Assembly: GCA_951406725.2 (NCBI GenBank)
Contig: OX597814.1
Span: 37,510,001 to 37,574,000, forward strand
DNA from: Octopus vulgaris
Lineage: Eukaryota
Direction of reading: 5' to 3'
DNA: 64,000 nt
Positions 51,789-64,000 of this stretch are shown here, piece by piece (the stretch's first letter is position 1; every line of letters starts with the position of its first letter). The translations under genes were made by a program, and so were the position numbers. Under the pieces are notes generated by a model. The model was not told the DNA's origin, searched no databases, and saw nothing but the letters and a program-made list of their open reading frames with translations.

Positions 51789-54644
51789 TATACATATATA
51801 AGAAGGTGAATGAATTATCCTAGTATGGATAATTTGGTTAACCGATACCTGGGTTGCAAATTCACTTCAGAAAACACGGTTGAAGCTATATGCCAAGGGC
51901 AGGGATCCCGTGTTCTCGTGTGTAAATTTGTGTGTTTATATATATATACCTGCATATATTTATATATACATATGTATATATTTATATATACATACACATG
52001 GGCATATATATGTCTATATAAACATGCATACATGCATACACATAAAAATATGTACATTTTCAGAAATGTGCGCTACCACACTCTTCGTCCACACATATAA
52101 ATAAGTAAAAAGAAATAAACATATATACATGGGCGCAGGCTTTACTTTGTGTTTCGAATTTTGCCTCTCAACCACATAGCTTTGAATGGGCCGAGTTTAG
52201 GAATGCCCTTGTTACTTGATATACATCAAGGTTTCCATAGTATCCGTCAATAATGGGTGAAGATAGAAAATGGAATAAAGAAAATATCGCTCAATTCGCA
52301 ACAAAAGTTTAGCTATATCTCACAGCTGAATTTGACACAAGATTAACTTAAGAAAACAATTCACGTATATTTTTGTGAATTAGCCCTCAAAATTACTGTA
52401 ACCTGTAACCTCTCTAAATTCCATTTCATAGATACTTCCCTAGATATAAAATTGTGCTCCTGTAAGCCCTATAACACACCTAATAAAAATCCCACATACA
52501 TATCGAAACAGTTTTCTCACCACCTTTAATTTTCTGATTGCCCATTCCGACTACTTATTTTATCTCATTCTCGTCATTCCACGTTGTTTCTTAAAGACCT
52601 GTGTCCTTTGTTGTTTCTCTGTTCTCAATTACTAGCCATGTTATATATGTGTCTGAAACGTTGTTTGGAAAGGCATTATACAAACTTGTCCGATATTCTA
52701 TTTTCACAGAGTGAAACTAATAACACATCGAATTTAAATCTAGTGTATATTAAAATATTATATATGTATGTGTGTATTTGTGTTTGTGTGCGTGTGTTTG
52801 TGTGTGGTTGTGCTTGTCTGCGTACATATATTTCTATGTATGTATACATATTTGTACGCATTATATATCTGAAGGACACTATTTTCTTTCGCAAACGTTC
52901 CCATTATAAATAATAAAGAAATTATATCGGTATATATGAAAGCGGTGAAAAATTATATTTTCTTATATGAAAATACTAAGTCGTTGTCATTTCTCATTTG
53001 TAAAACAACTACGAAGGCGAGTATATAGAGTCTCTTGCAAAAATTAAACTCTAAATGGAAAAAATCTGCACAATATAACAAAACACTGATTAGTGTCAGT
53101 CATTCAAACAGGCAAGTACATCAACAAACAGATGAAAATATCAGAAATACAGTTGAATAAATTTATTACATAATATCCCTATTATTATTTAAGTGTATTA
53201 TATAGGTAAAAAACGTGCCATGTTGGTAAGTGACGTATCCATATTTAAAAAAGATCACAGATCAAAATTTGTGTCTTACAGTAATCCATAAGATTATTCA
53301 GTAATATATTTACATGAATAATAAAATAGAAACAACTTCCATCTTACTTACACGTAGCGAACATCTGAACTTGCGACAAATTATAGATTCAATACTGTCA
53401 CGTGCTTCACAATTCTTTCGGTTAGATTAGCCAGGAAAGTATAACAGTTAATCATAGGCACATCGTGCACGTAAAAGAAAAAAAAACAGGAATAGCAACA
53501 CATTGCACTGCAAATGAAACAGCAGGAGAACAAAATGGAAACAGAAAATAGGTCTCTTTTATAGAATTTCCTACAGAATTGAATGCTTATTACAGAAGTA
53601 ATACTAAGACTGCAAAATGTTCAGTATTTAACATTTCATATACAGTATATATATTTTACATCTGGAAATCTAGGAACGTAGAAGCCTAATGCACTAAGAG
53701 TAAATTATGGAGGGAAAGCTACACGAAGAGTTCATTCTAAAAATCTAATGCCCAAAAGCAAAAGGCTACCCACATCATAAAGATGATACGGCGATAAGCT
53801 GCAAACTTCTGATGAATTAAATGTATTTAATTTTCGAAACGAAATATAAAGGCCTGATGCACGAATGCCGCCGTTAATGAAATAATCAACTTACGACATT
53901 GGCGGATTTTATTCAATACATGATATTTAAAATATAATTTTTTTGCCATATCCGTAAATAATAAGTAGTTAAGATTTTTATTTCACAAACACCAGGTTTT
54001 GGTTTATAGCCCACTTCATAATAGCTTGGTTGAATATTGTTTACAATAATCTTGTATTGGCAAAGATGTAGTGAATGAAATAGGATTAACAAACCCATAA
54101 AAAAGAACATCAGTGATTTGTACCACTAACTCAAATACCCAAGATCGTTAAATATTTTGTCCTGCTAGTTTTAGTGGAGCATATTCATACATGAGGACTT
54201 CAGAAATAGTTGACAAATTAGTTGATCTAGCCGGTAGGTTATTGATGACAGCTAAATGCTCATGGTCCAAACTGAATGAGAATTACTTTACATATGTACT
54301 TCTGTGGGCGTTGGGGAGTTCGATCATCCGCCGGGTTGAATATTTGCCAACGTCTGGGACCGTAAGAGATTCTATTTCCCCAGGGGGAGCGTGAGGACAA
54401 CAGTAATTAAGAGGTGATTCCACGCTCCTCACAGCATATGATCTCCCGGTCAGAAGCATGCTGTTGTTCATCGTCAGGCAGTTTAGTGCAAGAAGTGGAC
54501 TTATTAGGCATCAAAACGTCCATCGTCCTCCACCACACATATAACTCACCCCTCCACTCCATATTGAAATTTACTAAATACTCGAAAAGGAGATTTTGCT
54601 AACGAAACTGGTACATAAATAAATGAGTATACATACATATATAC

Positions 54645-54725
<81 letters not shown>

Positions 54726-55681
54726 TGATTCTGTTTGTAAGTATATGAGCGTGTATACTTGTATGTTTGTGTGAAAAAAATCGTGAATGTGTGAGTGTAC
54801 GCGCTTTGCAACTTAACTGCGCATCCCCTATCACTCTCAATTTCTCGTGAGCAGTATTATAATAAAAGTGATAATAAATTAATTCTAGTACCGTTAAATG
54901 GAATCTCGAGGGGCAGAAACATTCTGTGATAAACAGAAGATTACGCACATACAATATTCTGTGTCGGTTCCAAAGAAAACGGCCGCATACTAGTCAAAAA
55001 CAAATTCACATTTATTTGTTTCAGGCTTTTAAGAAATTACATTCTGAGAAAGTTAACAAACAGATAAAAAGAATTTTGAAAATAAAATAAAATAAAATAA
55101 TTTATTGATTAATTGGAATTATTTCTTTATTATTATGGAGCAGTTTTTCTTTATTTTTTTTATCTTTTTCAAATATAGCTTGATTGAACACTGTTGAGTA
55201 CCTAAATGTGTAATGCAAATTGTTTCTAGTTTTATTCCCAATAGGATAATTGGCTTCATCAAAGAATCTCTTTTTTTCACTGAATTAAAAACCTGAACTG
55301 AATTTGAAAGTTTAAAATTTTAGCTACAGATTTTTCTCCCTGTCTTTTTTTCGTTAATAAACTTGACATGAATTACTATCATCTTTAGTGAAAGATATAC
55401 TAGAGTGATCACTTTCATTAAAATCTGACACCTCAAGAGAATTTCGTCTCTACTAAGTGATAAATATTGCACCTTTTATCTGGCAGGTATTATTCGAGAG
55501 ACCACCTGAATAACAATTGCCATTTAGTTTAACTAATGCCAAAACTTTCGTATGTAGCTAGGTGTGTGCGCATGCGTGTGGTGTAAGAGCGCGTATGTAT
55601 CTGTCCGTCTGCTTATTTCCACCGATCTATTTATGGCTAAGCTCTTATAATAGTATCTTCAGTAACGTGTAGTTGCTAAAT

Positions 55682-55767
<86 letters not shown>

Positions 55768-56289
55768 TGTATATACATATTACATATAATATATATATAT
55801 ATATATGCACGTACATATACTCACATAAATACACGCAAGCAAAACAAGCACACCCACAAAACACACACGGACACGCACACATATATGCACTATAATCAGA
55901 GTAATGAGTTTTATTCTACAGACGTTTGCCAGACAATGTAAAGTATGTTTGATATGTTTTAGGTATGTAGTTATGTAGGCGGGTATGTATCTATGTATCA
56001 AAGCAGATCTATTTATATTGAGTCGATATAATATTCAAAGCTCTATTAGCTTAATACGCGCTTCGCTATTTCGTAGGCAAAATACCGGCAAAGTTTTCAA
56101 TGTAATCCAGAAGTTATGGAAAAAAATGGATTTAAATTTTAATGAAAAGCTAATGCATTACGTAGAAAAGGATTTCATTGCTAACATAGAAATATATTGT
56201 CATACTCAAATCATAACTGTTCATTAAATGAACGGGAAACATATAGAAATACAAGCAATAACACATACATTCGTATTTAATTTCAGTTG

Positions 56290-56485
56290 TTGGCACAAAT
56301 CTTGAAAATTGTCGGAGAGGGATTAAGCCGATTACATTGTTCCAGTACTCAATTGGTACTTATTTTATCGATTCCAAGATGATAAAACGCAAAGTCAACC
56401 ACAGGGGCATTTGGACTATCTACGTAGAGACGGAAGAAATGTTGCTACGTGTTTTGGCCTGCACGCTAGTGATTCTGTCAAATCG
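56290..56485 (-). mobile_element. Degenerate tRNA-derived SINE
   Basis: ATTGGTACTTATTTTATCGA and AAAGTCAACC segments, similar to 29870-30056. Confidence 0.6.
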
Positions 56486-56613
56486 CGACCTTAGATATGT
56501 ATATAATAATAGTGCTACCTGATGTAGGAGTCAATCTTAGTTTTGGTTGAAAACAATTTTCTAACCCCTTCTATTTACTCTACTAATAATATAATGGATA
56601 TACTATACTTTTA

Positions 56614-56664
<51 letters not shown>

Positions 56665-56964
56665 ATGGTTATCACGATTACAATGTTGTTCTGTTTTGCA
56701 GATTCCTTGTTTCCTGCATGTACATCCACTTACTGTATTTGGTATGGAGAACCCGTCTCGCCGTTGATCAAAGGTGTAAATACACCGACTTAGTTCTCAG
56801 CATCTCTTCCCCATACGGTTGCATGTGTGCATTTCAGAATGGTTGTATCCTGTCAGCAACAAAAACCGAAAAGGTAGACACTAGGAACTGACACGAGAGA
56901 CAGGCCGCTCTTCTGAGAAAACATTTATGTCCAAGTGATCTTGTATATTTATATATATATATAT

Positions 56965-57359
56965 AGTGAATGGAATAAATGGAGTTGAACGGAGATTGTA
57001 CAGAATTCCTTTTATTACATTCTACACGTGTTTCAAAGGCCACAAATTTCCAAATTCTGATTAAATAAGGGTACCATATTGCGGCTTTCTCTTCAGGAAA
57101 AAAGTCAGAATTTGGAAATTTGTGGCCTTTGAAACATGTGTAGAATGTAATAAAAGGAATTCTGTACAATCTTCGTTCAACTCCATTTATTCCATTCACT
57201 AATAATATTAAACTTCAATTATCCGCTCCAACGCACGGTTGCAACACCAAATGGTCTTATCTCCAACCGTGCTGTTTTCCGCTGTGATTTTTGCTACCCA
57301 GGTATCGGTTAAACCTTTGAATAATCTGTTACAAGAAAATTCATCTTTCTATTTCAACA

Positions 57360-57362
<3 letters not shown>
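56965..57362. mobile_element. Young fold-back element with hammerhead motif and right-only tail, between (TA)n tracts
   Basis: 96-bp arms 56965-57060 / 57105-57200 with 2 mismatches; 44-nt spacer; tail 57201-57362. Confidence 0.9.
57020..57099 (-). ncRNA. Type I hammerhead ribozyme motif (canonical core)
   Basis: Minus strand ttc-CTGAAGA-gaaagccgc...gtggccttt-GAAAC-ACGT-GTA-gaa. Confidence 0.72.
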
Positions 57363-57410
<48 letters not shown>

Positions 57411-58632
57411 TATAGGTGTGTACACACATATGTGCATTTATACACTCATACACATACAGGCACACATATATGAGCGTCTGCTCATGCATTTGTGTGTGTG
57501 TGTGTGTGCATATAATTGTATTTGCATGTGTGTGTATGCGTAAGTGTGTATGTGTGCATATACTTGTATTTGCATATGTGTGCGTAAGCGTATGTGTGTG
57601 TTTGAGTGCACGTGTGTTTGTATTACCTATAAGTAAAATTAAGAACATACTGCCTACGTTTTTCGTGAATAAATATCGTAGGTAATCTAAAGAATGACTT
57701 CTTGGGATTTTTATATATTTACGTCAACTGCAAATGGACAGACTGCAGAAATTCTTACCTGAGTTATAATCAATAGTTATATACCAGAATTATGATCAGC
57801 TACTTCTATCATTTAACAAATATATGTACAATGTGTGTCTTTGTTAATATCAAAACGTATGTTATGATTTTCTAAGGAGTTATTCTAAATGCTAACATTT
57901 TTATTCGTTCAAAATTCTGATTTTCTTTAAAATATTACTTGCTATTTGGGAGAATTTCGACACTGAAATTCTGTGTCATCTTAAATATCCTCTTATTATT
58001 AATTATACAACTTAGTATTTCCAAAGGTGACACAATTATCGTGATGACGACTGATTGAAAGATATATAATAGAAATTTATATGAATTTACCTACGCCAGA
58101 TAATAATACATAAATTTAGAAATCGTACAAGTCAATGAATGTTATAACATTTTCTTATTCATCTGAATCCTGGGATTTTCCACAAGGTGATAATCTTCTG
58201 ATCCTTTAAAAAATGTTTCACAAGTACAGTGTCACTGAGTGTTTCAGAAACATTATATAATATCATGAAACGTAAAGTGTATATAATTTCCACATCTATC
58301 TAATAAAAGTGATATCTTATTTAATTAAGGATTTCTAACCATTTATATGGATTGTTGTTATTTATATGAATTGTTAGATTGGTGCTTCTGCAAATCGATT
58401 AGAAAAAGTTGTACTGATAGTAATCAGAAGAATTCGAATTTTGTAATTGGCTCTTAACCAAATAAATGCTGTTACTCACAAATTCAAGCTTGAAACAAAA
58501 AAGGCAGTCTTGGTGGAAGAATAATATATTTGTGTAAATATAGAAACAATATATAATGATATTAGATTGCATGGATTGGAAACATATTAGAAATTCAAAA
58601 TATTCATTTAATAGCTTCCTTTAAAGATATAT

Positions 58633-58963
58633 GTGACCCCCTTTTGTCAGACACTGACCATGGGTTTGCAACTAGAGAGTTACCCTCTGAGGCACAAGTC
58701 TGGGCAAGGTTGTTTTATGGAAGACCAGCAGTTGCCCATGCATACCGGCCTCCCCTCTCCACATCACCGATGTTGTCCAAGGGAAAGGCAAGGGCCGATA
58801 CCGCTTGGTACCTGTAACGTCGCAACTCATTTCTACAGCTGAGTGGACTGGAGCAACGTGAAATAAAGTGTCTTGCTCAAGAATACAACACGCAGCTCGG
58901 TCCGGGATTCGAGCTCACAACCTCACGATCGTAAACTCGACGCTCTAACCACTGAGCCACGCA
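58633..58963 (-). mobile_element. tRNA-derived SINE with 15-bp target-site duplication
   Basis: Head TGGCTCAGTGGTTAGAGC (A box) and GCTCGAATCCC (B box); CCTTTAAAGATATAT at 58618-58632 and 58964-58978. Confidence 0.9.
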
Positions 58964-59034
58964 CCTTTAAAGATATATAACATGTAAATCACAGAAATAC
59001 CCCACTAAACACTAATCACGTCATATTTGAATTT

Positions 59035-59870
59035 CAGTGTGGTTTCCATTCTGGTAATGTAACAGTGGATATGAGTTTCGTTGCAAGACAGACGCTGGAG
59101 AATTGCTACGAGCAGAATATGGATCTTGGTTAGAATTTCCTTTATTTAACTGAAGCCTTGATAATATGTATAGGGTGTTACTGTGGAAATTACACGGAAA
59201 AATTGATTGCCCCGGTCACATATTTGTGCTTAAATACTTTCATAATGCGATGGAGGCATTCATTAATGTTGACAGCGTTGGTAAGACTCATTACTCTATA
59301 GAATGTTGTCAGGTCAGATGTCAGCCTTGCCCCAGCTCCTTTCCCATTGTATTTTCCTCTTATTTTTACTAATGCGTTTGCTGTAGATTGCTCTTCTGGT
59401 ATATATGTGAGGTACCGAACATCTGGACGCCTCTTTTACGTTGTTTTCCTGAAAATTCGAATGATTTTCCGTCTTTTAAACTTGACTTCCCTTATGCGGA
59501 TGATTGTGATTTAGTTACTCATACAACTGGAGCATCGTATTTCTGCATCTTCCAATTGATTTGGACAGGCATTACATTAGATAAGACTGTTGTAATGTTC
59601 CATCCTGCGGCAGGAAACCCATTTATGAAACCATCAATGTTGAGGAAACCGTATTGAAAATTATAGATAAGTTAGACCAAATGTACAGAAAAATCAGACA
59701 CCCTTACTCAGTGGATAATGAATAATTTCCAAGGATTCCAAAGGCTACTGATTGCATCTCTTGAGACTCATCCCTGGTATAGACATAGCAACAAAAGGCG
59801 AACAATATTTGCTGTGTACCGTGCGCGCGTAATGACGTTCGTTCTTTACTAGTGTGAGATATGGATTCTG
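59035..59870 (+). mobile_element. Decayed RTE-clade RT fragment
   Basis: TVDMSFVARQTLENCYEQNMDL, RVLLWKL, PYADDCDLV. Confidence 0.75.
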
Positions 59871-59874
59871 AACA

Positions 59875-60036
59875 GGCGTAGGAGTGGCTGTGTGGTAAGT
59901 AGCTTGCTTAGGAATCAAATGGTTTCCGGTTGAGTCCCACGGCGTAGCAATTTGGACAAGTATCTTCTACTGCAGTTTCGAGACGACCAAAGTGGATTTG
60001 GTAGACGGAAACTGAAAGAAGCCCATCTTATATATG

Positions 60037-60126
<90 letters not shown>

Positions 60127-60340
60127 TGTATATGTTTGTGTGTCTCTGTTTGTCCCACCAACATCGCTTGACAACCGATGCTGGCGTGTTTACCTCACCG
60201 GTTCGGCAAAAGAGACCGATAGAATAAGTACTAGGCTTACAAAGAATAAGTCCTGCGGTCGATTTGCCCGACTAAAGGCGGTGCTCCAGCATGGCCACAG
60301 TCAAATGACTGAAACAAGTAAAATAGTAAAAGAGTAAAAG
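59875..60340 (+). mobile_element. tRNA-derived SINE with internal (TA)n
   Basis: GGCGTAGGAGTGGCTGTGTGGTAAG head, GGTTGAGTCCC B-box; body aligns with 21580-22460. Confidence 0.88.
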
Positions 60341-60518
60341 AGGCATTACGTGACAGTTCCTGAACGCTACTATCAGAGATATCTGAAATACATCTTGAAT
60401 ATTAGCTCCTACTTTCGAAGTCCAGGCATTTCCACACACACATATACACACAGACACACACATTCACATACACTCTTACACACATACACAAATGCGTGCA
60501 TGTATGTATGTGAATATG

Positions 60519-60571
<53 letters not shown>

Positions 60572-61349
60572 TTCGAAATCTAAATGTTTTTTTTTATTCT
60601 TTAAATTTAATATGATTTTAATCCTTGCGCATAAATTGGAAGTATTATGAACCAAAGAATATTGACATAAATCTACATCAGTATTTTCATATTCGCTGTA
60701 GTTTTCATGACAATTGAAAGGCAGTATAGATCAAAATAAGTAGAAATATTAGAATGTGCTTCCAATAAAGATAAATATGCTGTAATTTTGTATGTAGATA
60801 TATTCATAACCTGCCCACAAACAAAAATGCATTTTTCTGAAATTCAGTCTAATGTTTCTTTTTCCAGTTCAGATAACAAAATAACAGAAAATGATACTAT
60901 TTCTATTTTCAATGAGGATAAAATCTTCGTGATGTTTGATGTATTATACCTCAGTGTCAAGAAACGTATTTAATGTTTTTCAGCAAATTTAGTAAAAGCA
61001 TGTTAATTAAAAACTTCAGTGAGAGTAATAAGCCTATGTTAATAAAGCATCAATGAATATTCTATTTACAAAATGCACATCTTTATTGCTTGTAACCGGA
61101 ATTTTGAATTGCTAAAAGAGAATATGTTGAATTTAGTGGTGTTTAACATCCACTATCATCAGTATATTGACACAGAAATGTTTTCATTTTCTACACTTGT
61201 ATAATTTGGGGACTGGGCAGAGTTGCTTTTCTACAAATTGTCAGACAATATTTTGCAAATATATTTGTAAGGTGACATTTTATCTTTTAAATTTTCGGTG
61301 CATCTCGAACAGATATTATGAATTTTGAAATTAAATATTTCTTTATAAT

Positions 61350-64000
61350 GGGATTTCATGCAGTATATTCCTTCGCAACCCATTGCACGTATTGTTGCTC
61401 TGATAATGCACCCCATGTGTTGGGCTTCGATATGCTGTTTCAATTCGAGTTTCTTCACTCTCACCTGGTTAGCATTGCCAGTCCTCATGGCTTCCTCTAA
61501 GTTCTTAACTACACCCTTTACTTTCTTCCTTTCCTTCTTCAATAGACCTAGGCTATATCTAATAAACTCATATTTTATGGCTCGTTTTAGGGCGTACCAC
61601 CATTTGTTATTAATAGTGTACCTGTTGTTAAAGCTCTCTGAATTATCTGCTTAATCCGCTTTCTGTACCCCTCAATCGCTATAAGTTACGTATTGATTTT
61701 CCAGTAGCCAGATCGCTGTCGATGTACATTATCTAGGTTCAGCGTACATGTAACCATCTTGTGGTCACTGGAGCTGACTGAATAAAACTGTGGAGAATTA
61801 ACTATACATGTATCTCCTTTTCTAATAAATATCCTGTCTATATATGTTCGCTATTTGACCACGTCCATAATGGAGCGTCTGGGTGTTCCAGCCCATATGG
61901 CTCTGCTAGCTGAAACTGTTTTAGCAGATCCCGGAATCCAGGGTTACATGTTCTATCCGTTCCTGAGCCAACACAATGCTCACGCGCATCACAGATTGTG
62001 TTAAAGTCTCCTAAAAGAACTAAAGAATGTGACCTGGCTAGACATTTCCCTAGGTCACGGAAATATTCCCTTCCCTTTTTTTACCAGAATGATTGCATGC
62101 ATAAGTTGCAACCAGCCTGATCGTCTTGCTACAACTCAAAGTGAAATCCCAAATGACTAGCCTACCCTCTAGATCAGAAAAATCAACTTTTGCTCGGAAA
62201 CCCGGTTTCTTTTAAGAGAACCAACACCCCACCCCCACCTTTAGCCCGACGCGGAGAAACGTATTTCTCGTAACCGTTCAGCAGGGGGAGCAGATCTCTT
62301 GGTCCTTTCAACCAGGCTTCAGCAGCAACAATTACATCCAAATACCGCGACCTGATGTCATTTAGGAAGTGCCCTTACTTCCAGCTTGACATCAGGCTAC
62401 TTATATTTCAATAACCAATGTGAATAGCCATAGGCATCTTACCTTAAACTATTCTGCACTATCAGGTGGAAGGGAGTCTCGACCTCATCATTATTTTCCT
62501 CTCACGGGATCGGGACAGGTAATCCTTGGAAGATGGAATAATGGAAGTCCATAATCATTGTACTAACAATCTTCCTCAATTTATTCTCAAGGATTCTGTG
62601 GTGGGTTTTCAGTGACTTCGAAAATTTCGTAGTTCTTAAACTTGTCTGACATTTCGTCAATGCGTATCGGTGTATTGCTAAGTTTCAATTCCCTCATTAA
62701 TTCTGCGTCATCCGTATTAACCATTATCTCTTTCGTCTTTTTCCCTTTTCGCTGTTTTCTTGGGTCTCGAATCCGATGTCACCGCTTTGGGTTGTGTAAT
62801 AGGCTGCATCTTTCTTTAGTTCTCCTTCTTTTCCCCTTCTACTTTCTCCTCCTCCTCTTCCATTCCCTCTTTACATTCATTACGAATATGGCCTAACTCG
62901 CCACATTGGAAACATCTGCGTTTTTGTCCCTCAAAAAAAAAAAAATATGAAGGCCTCCTCCTCATTTCAATTTTTTTGGCGATTTCGTCTAGAATTTTGG
63001 CTTTGCTTGTATCATCATATTGATGTTATGACCAGACTAATTTATTTTTTCTCTGACTGAATCCTGCAGCAGTGTAATTTTCTCCGCCTGGTTCATTATA
63101 GCAACCACCACTAGCCACATGTGATCTATGTCTGGAGGGATTATTTCAGTCGTTAATAGTGTCATCCCCATGTAAATGGGGATGACACCATCAACGACTG
63201 AAATAATCCCTCCATGGGGATGAATGCCACATCTGTTTTCAGTGTTTCCACCGAGTGGTATTTCGCTCTTCCTTCATTTTTCATCCTTACTTCTATTGTT
63301 CCGAATTTTTTCCCTCTTGTTATATAATCGAAGTCACACCAAACAGCTTTTAAACATTTTTATATTTTCTCTACTGACATCCGGCTTTTTAAGTTATATG
63401 TCTTGTAGATTATCATTTCTTTCCCTCTCCTCTTGTTATAGTTTCTCTGGTGGTTGTACTTTCACCACATTTCCGTTTTTTATGTAATTTTTTATTTCCT
63501 TTTTACTCCTCGAGATTTGCCGGATTGTACCCCCGGATGCTGACGCGAAACTTTTCTTTTTTTCTTCACTTTCCTTCTCTTTTTGCACACTAGGTGTATC
63601 AACTAATCTTTTAGATTCTAAGCTTTTCTTTTATTTTCAAGTCCCATGCGGAACGCCTCTTGTGTTTTCATACGTGATCCTTCAGTTGAACTTGACATGC
63701 CTTCAAACATGTTTTCCATGGTTCCGTTGGCTTATCGCCACACCACATTTTTTATTCAAAACAATAATTGTAATTATTCTCCCCAGCGGGGGAATGATTA
63801 AGGAATGCTTTCAACAAGCAATGTACAGTTTTTGGTGATAATTTAACAACAAACAACAATGTATCAACAATGAATTCAGGATGAACCACAATTCACCACA
63901 AGTGAAAACACGCACCGGTGAAACCTTTTTCGAAAAGGTTATACTTTTAATGAAAAGCTCATATAATTTAAAAGAAAACCCATCAGCGAACCAGTCCAAG
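61350..64000 (-). mobile_element. Decayed L1/Tx1-like LINE (ORF1 remnant + APE endonuclease region)
   Basis: Minus-strand LVLLGDFNT, SSDHKMV, GYWKIN and GCIIRA remnants; purine-rich ORF1-like region upstream. Confidence 0.7.
63133..63214. repeat. 39-bp inverted repeat with 4-nt loop
   Basis: 63133-63171 vs 63176-63214, 2 mismatches. Confidence 0.92.

Overview
AT-rich, microsatellite-dense eukaryotic DNA. The tRNA-derived SINEs and repeat landscape suggest a coleoid cephalopod, probably Octopus (inference). I found no convincing host protein-coding exon; most ORF-track entries are translations of (TA)n/(CA)n repeats. The main feature is a young Penelope-like retroelement (PLE; RT with YLDD plus C-terminal GIY-YIG, Neptune-like) forming a ~9.1 kb head-to-head palindrome: two ~3.77 kb arms (5221-8991 and 10572-14350) around a 1.58 kb spacer, set in (TA)n. 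It has an extra upstream ORF overlapping the RT frame, with a possible +1 shifty stop. Its 3' region holds a ~1.35 kb microsatellite and a minimal hammerhead ribozyme with a U3-A8 core variant near each outer end. Five small non-coding fold-back elements occur nearby. Four repeat the PLE layout (outward-pointing GAAAC-palindrome-GTA hammerhead motif, mostly a one-sided tail, simple-repeat flanks), two of them with a complete CTGAnGA core; the fifth lacks a hammerhead motif. Together they suggest a TA-targeting PLE plus non-autonomous ribozyme-hairpin system. The rest is decayed CR1, RTE, HERO, R4-like, Tx1/L1-like, second-clade PLE and Tc1/mariner fragments, plus SINEs. All alignments were done by eye, so boundaries of old elements are approximate.
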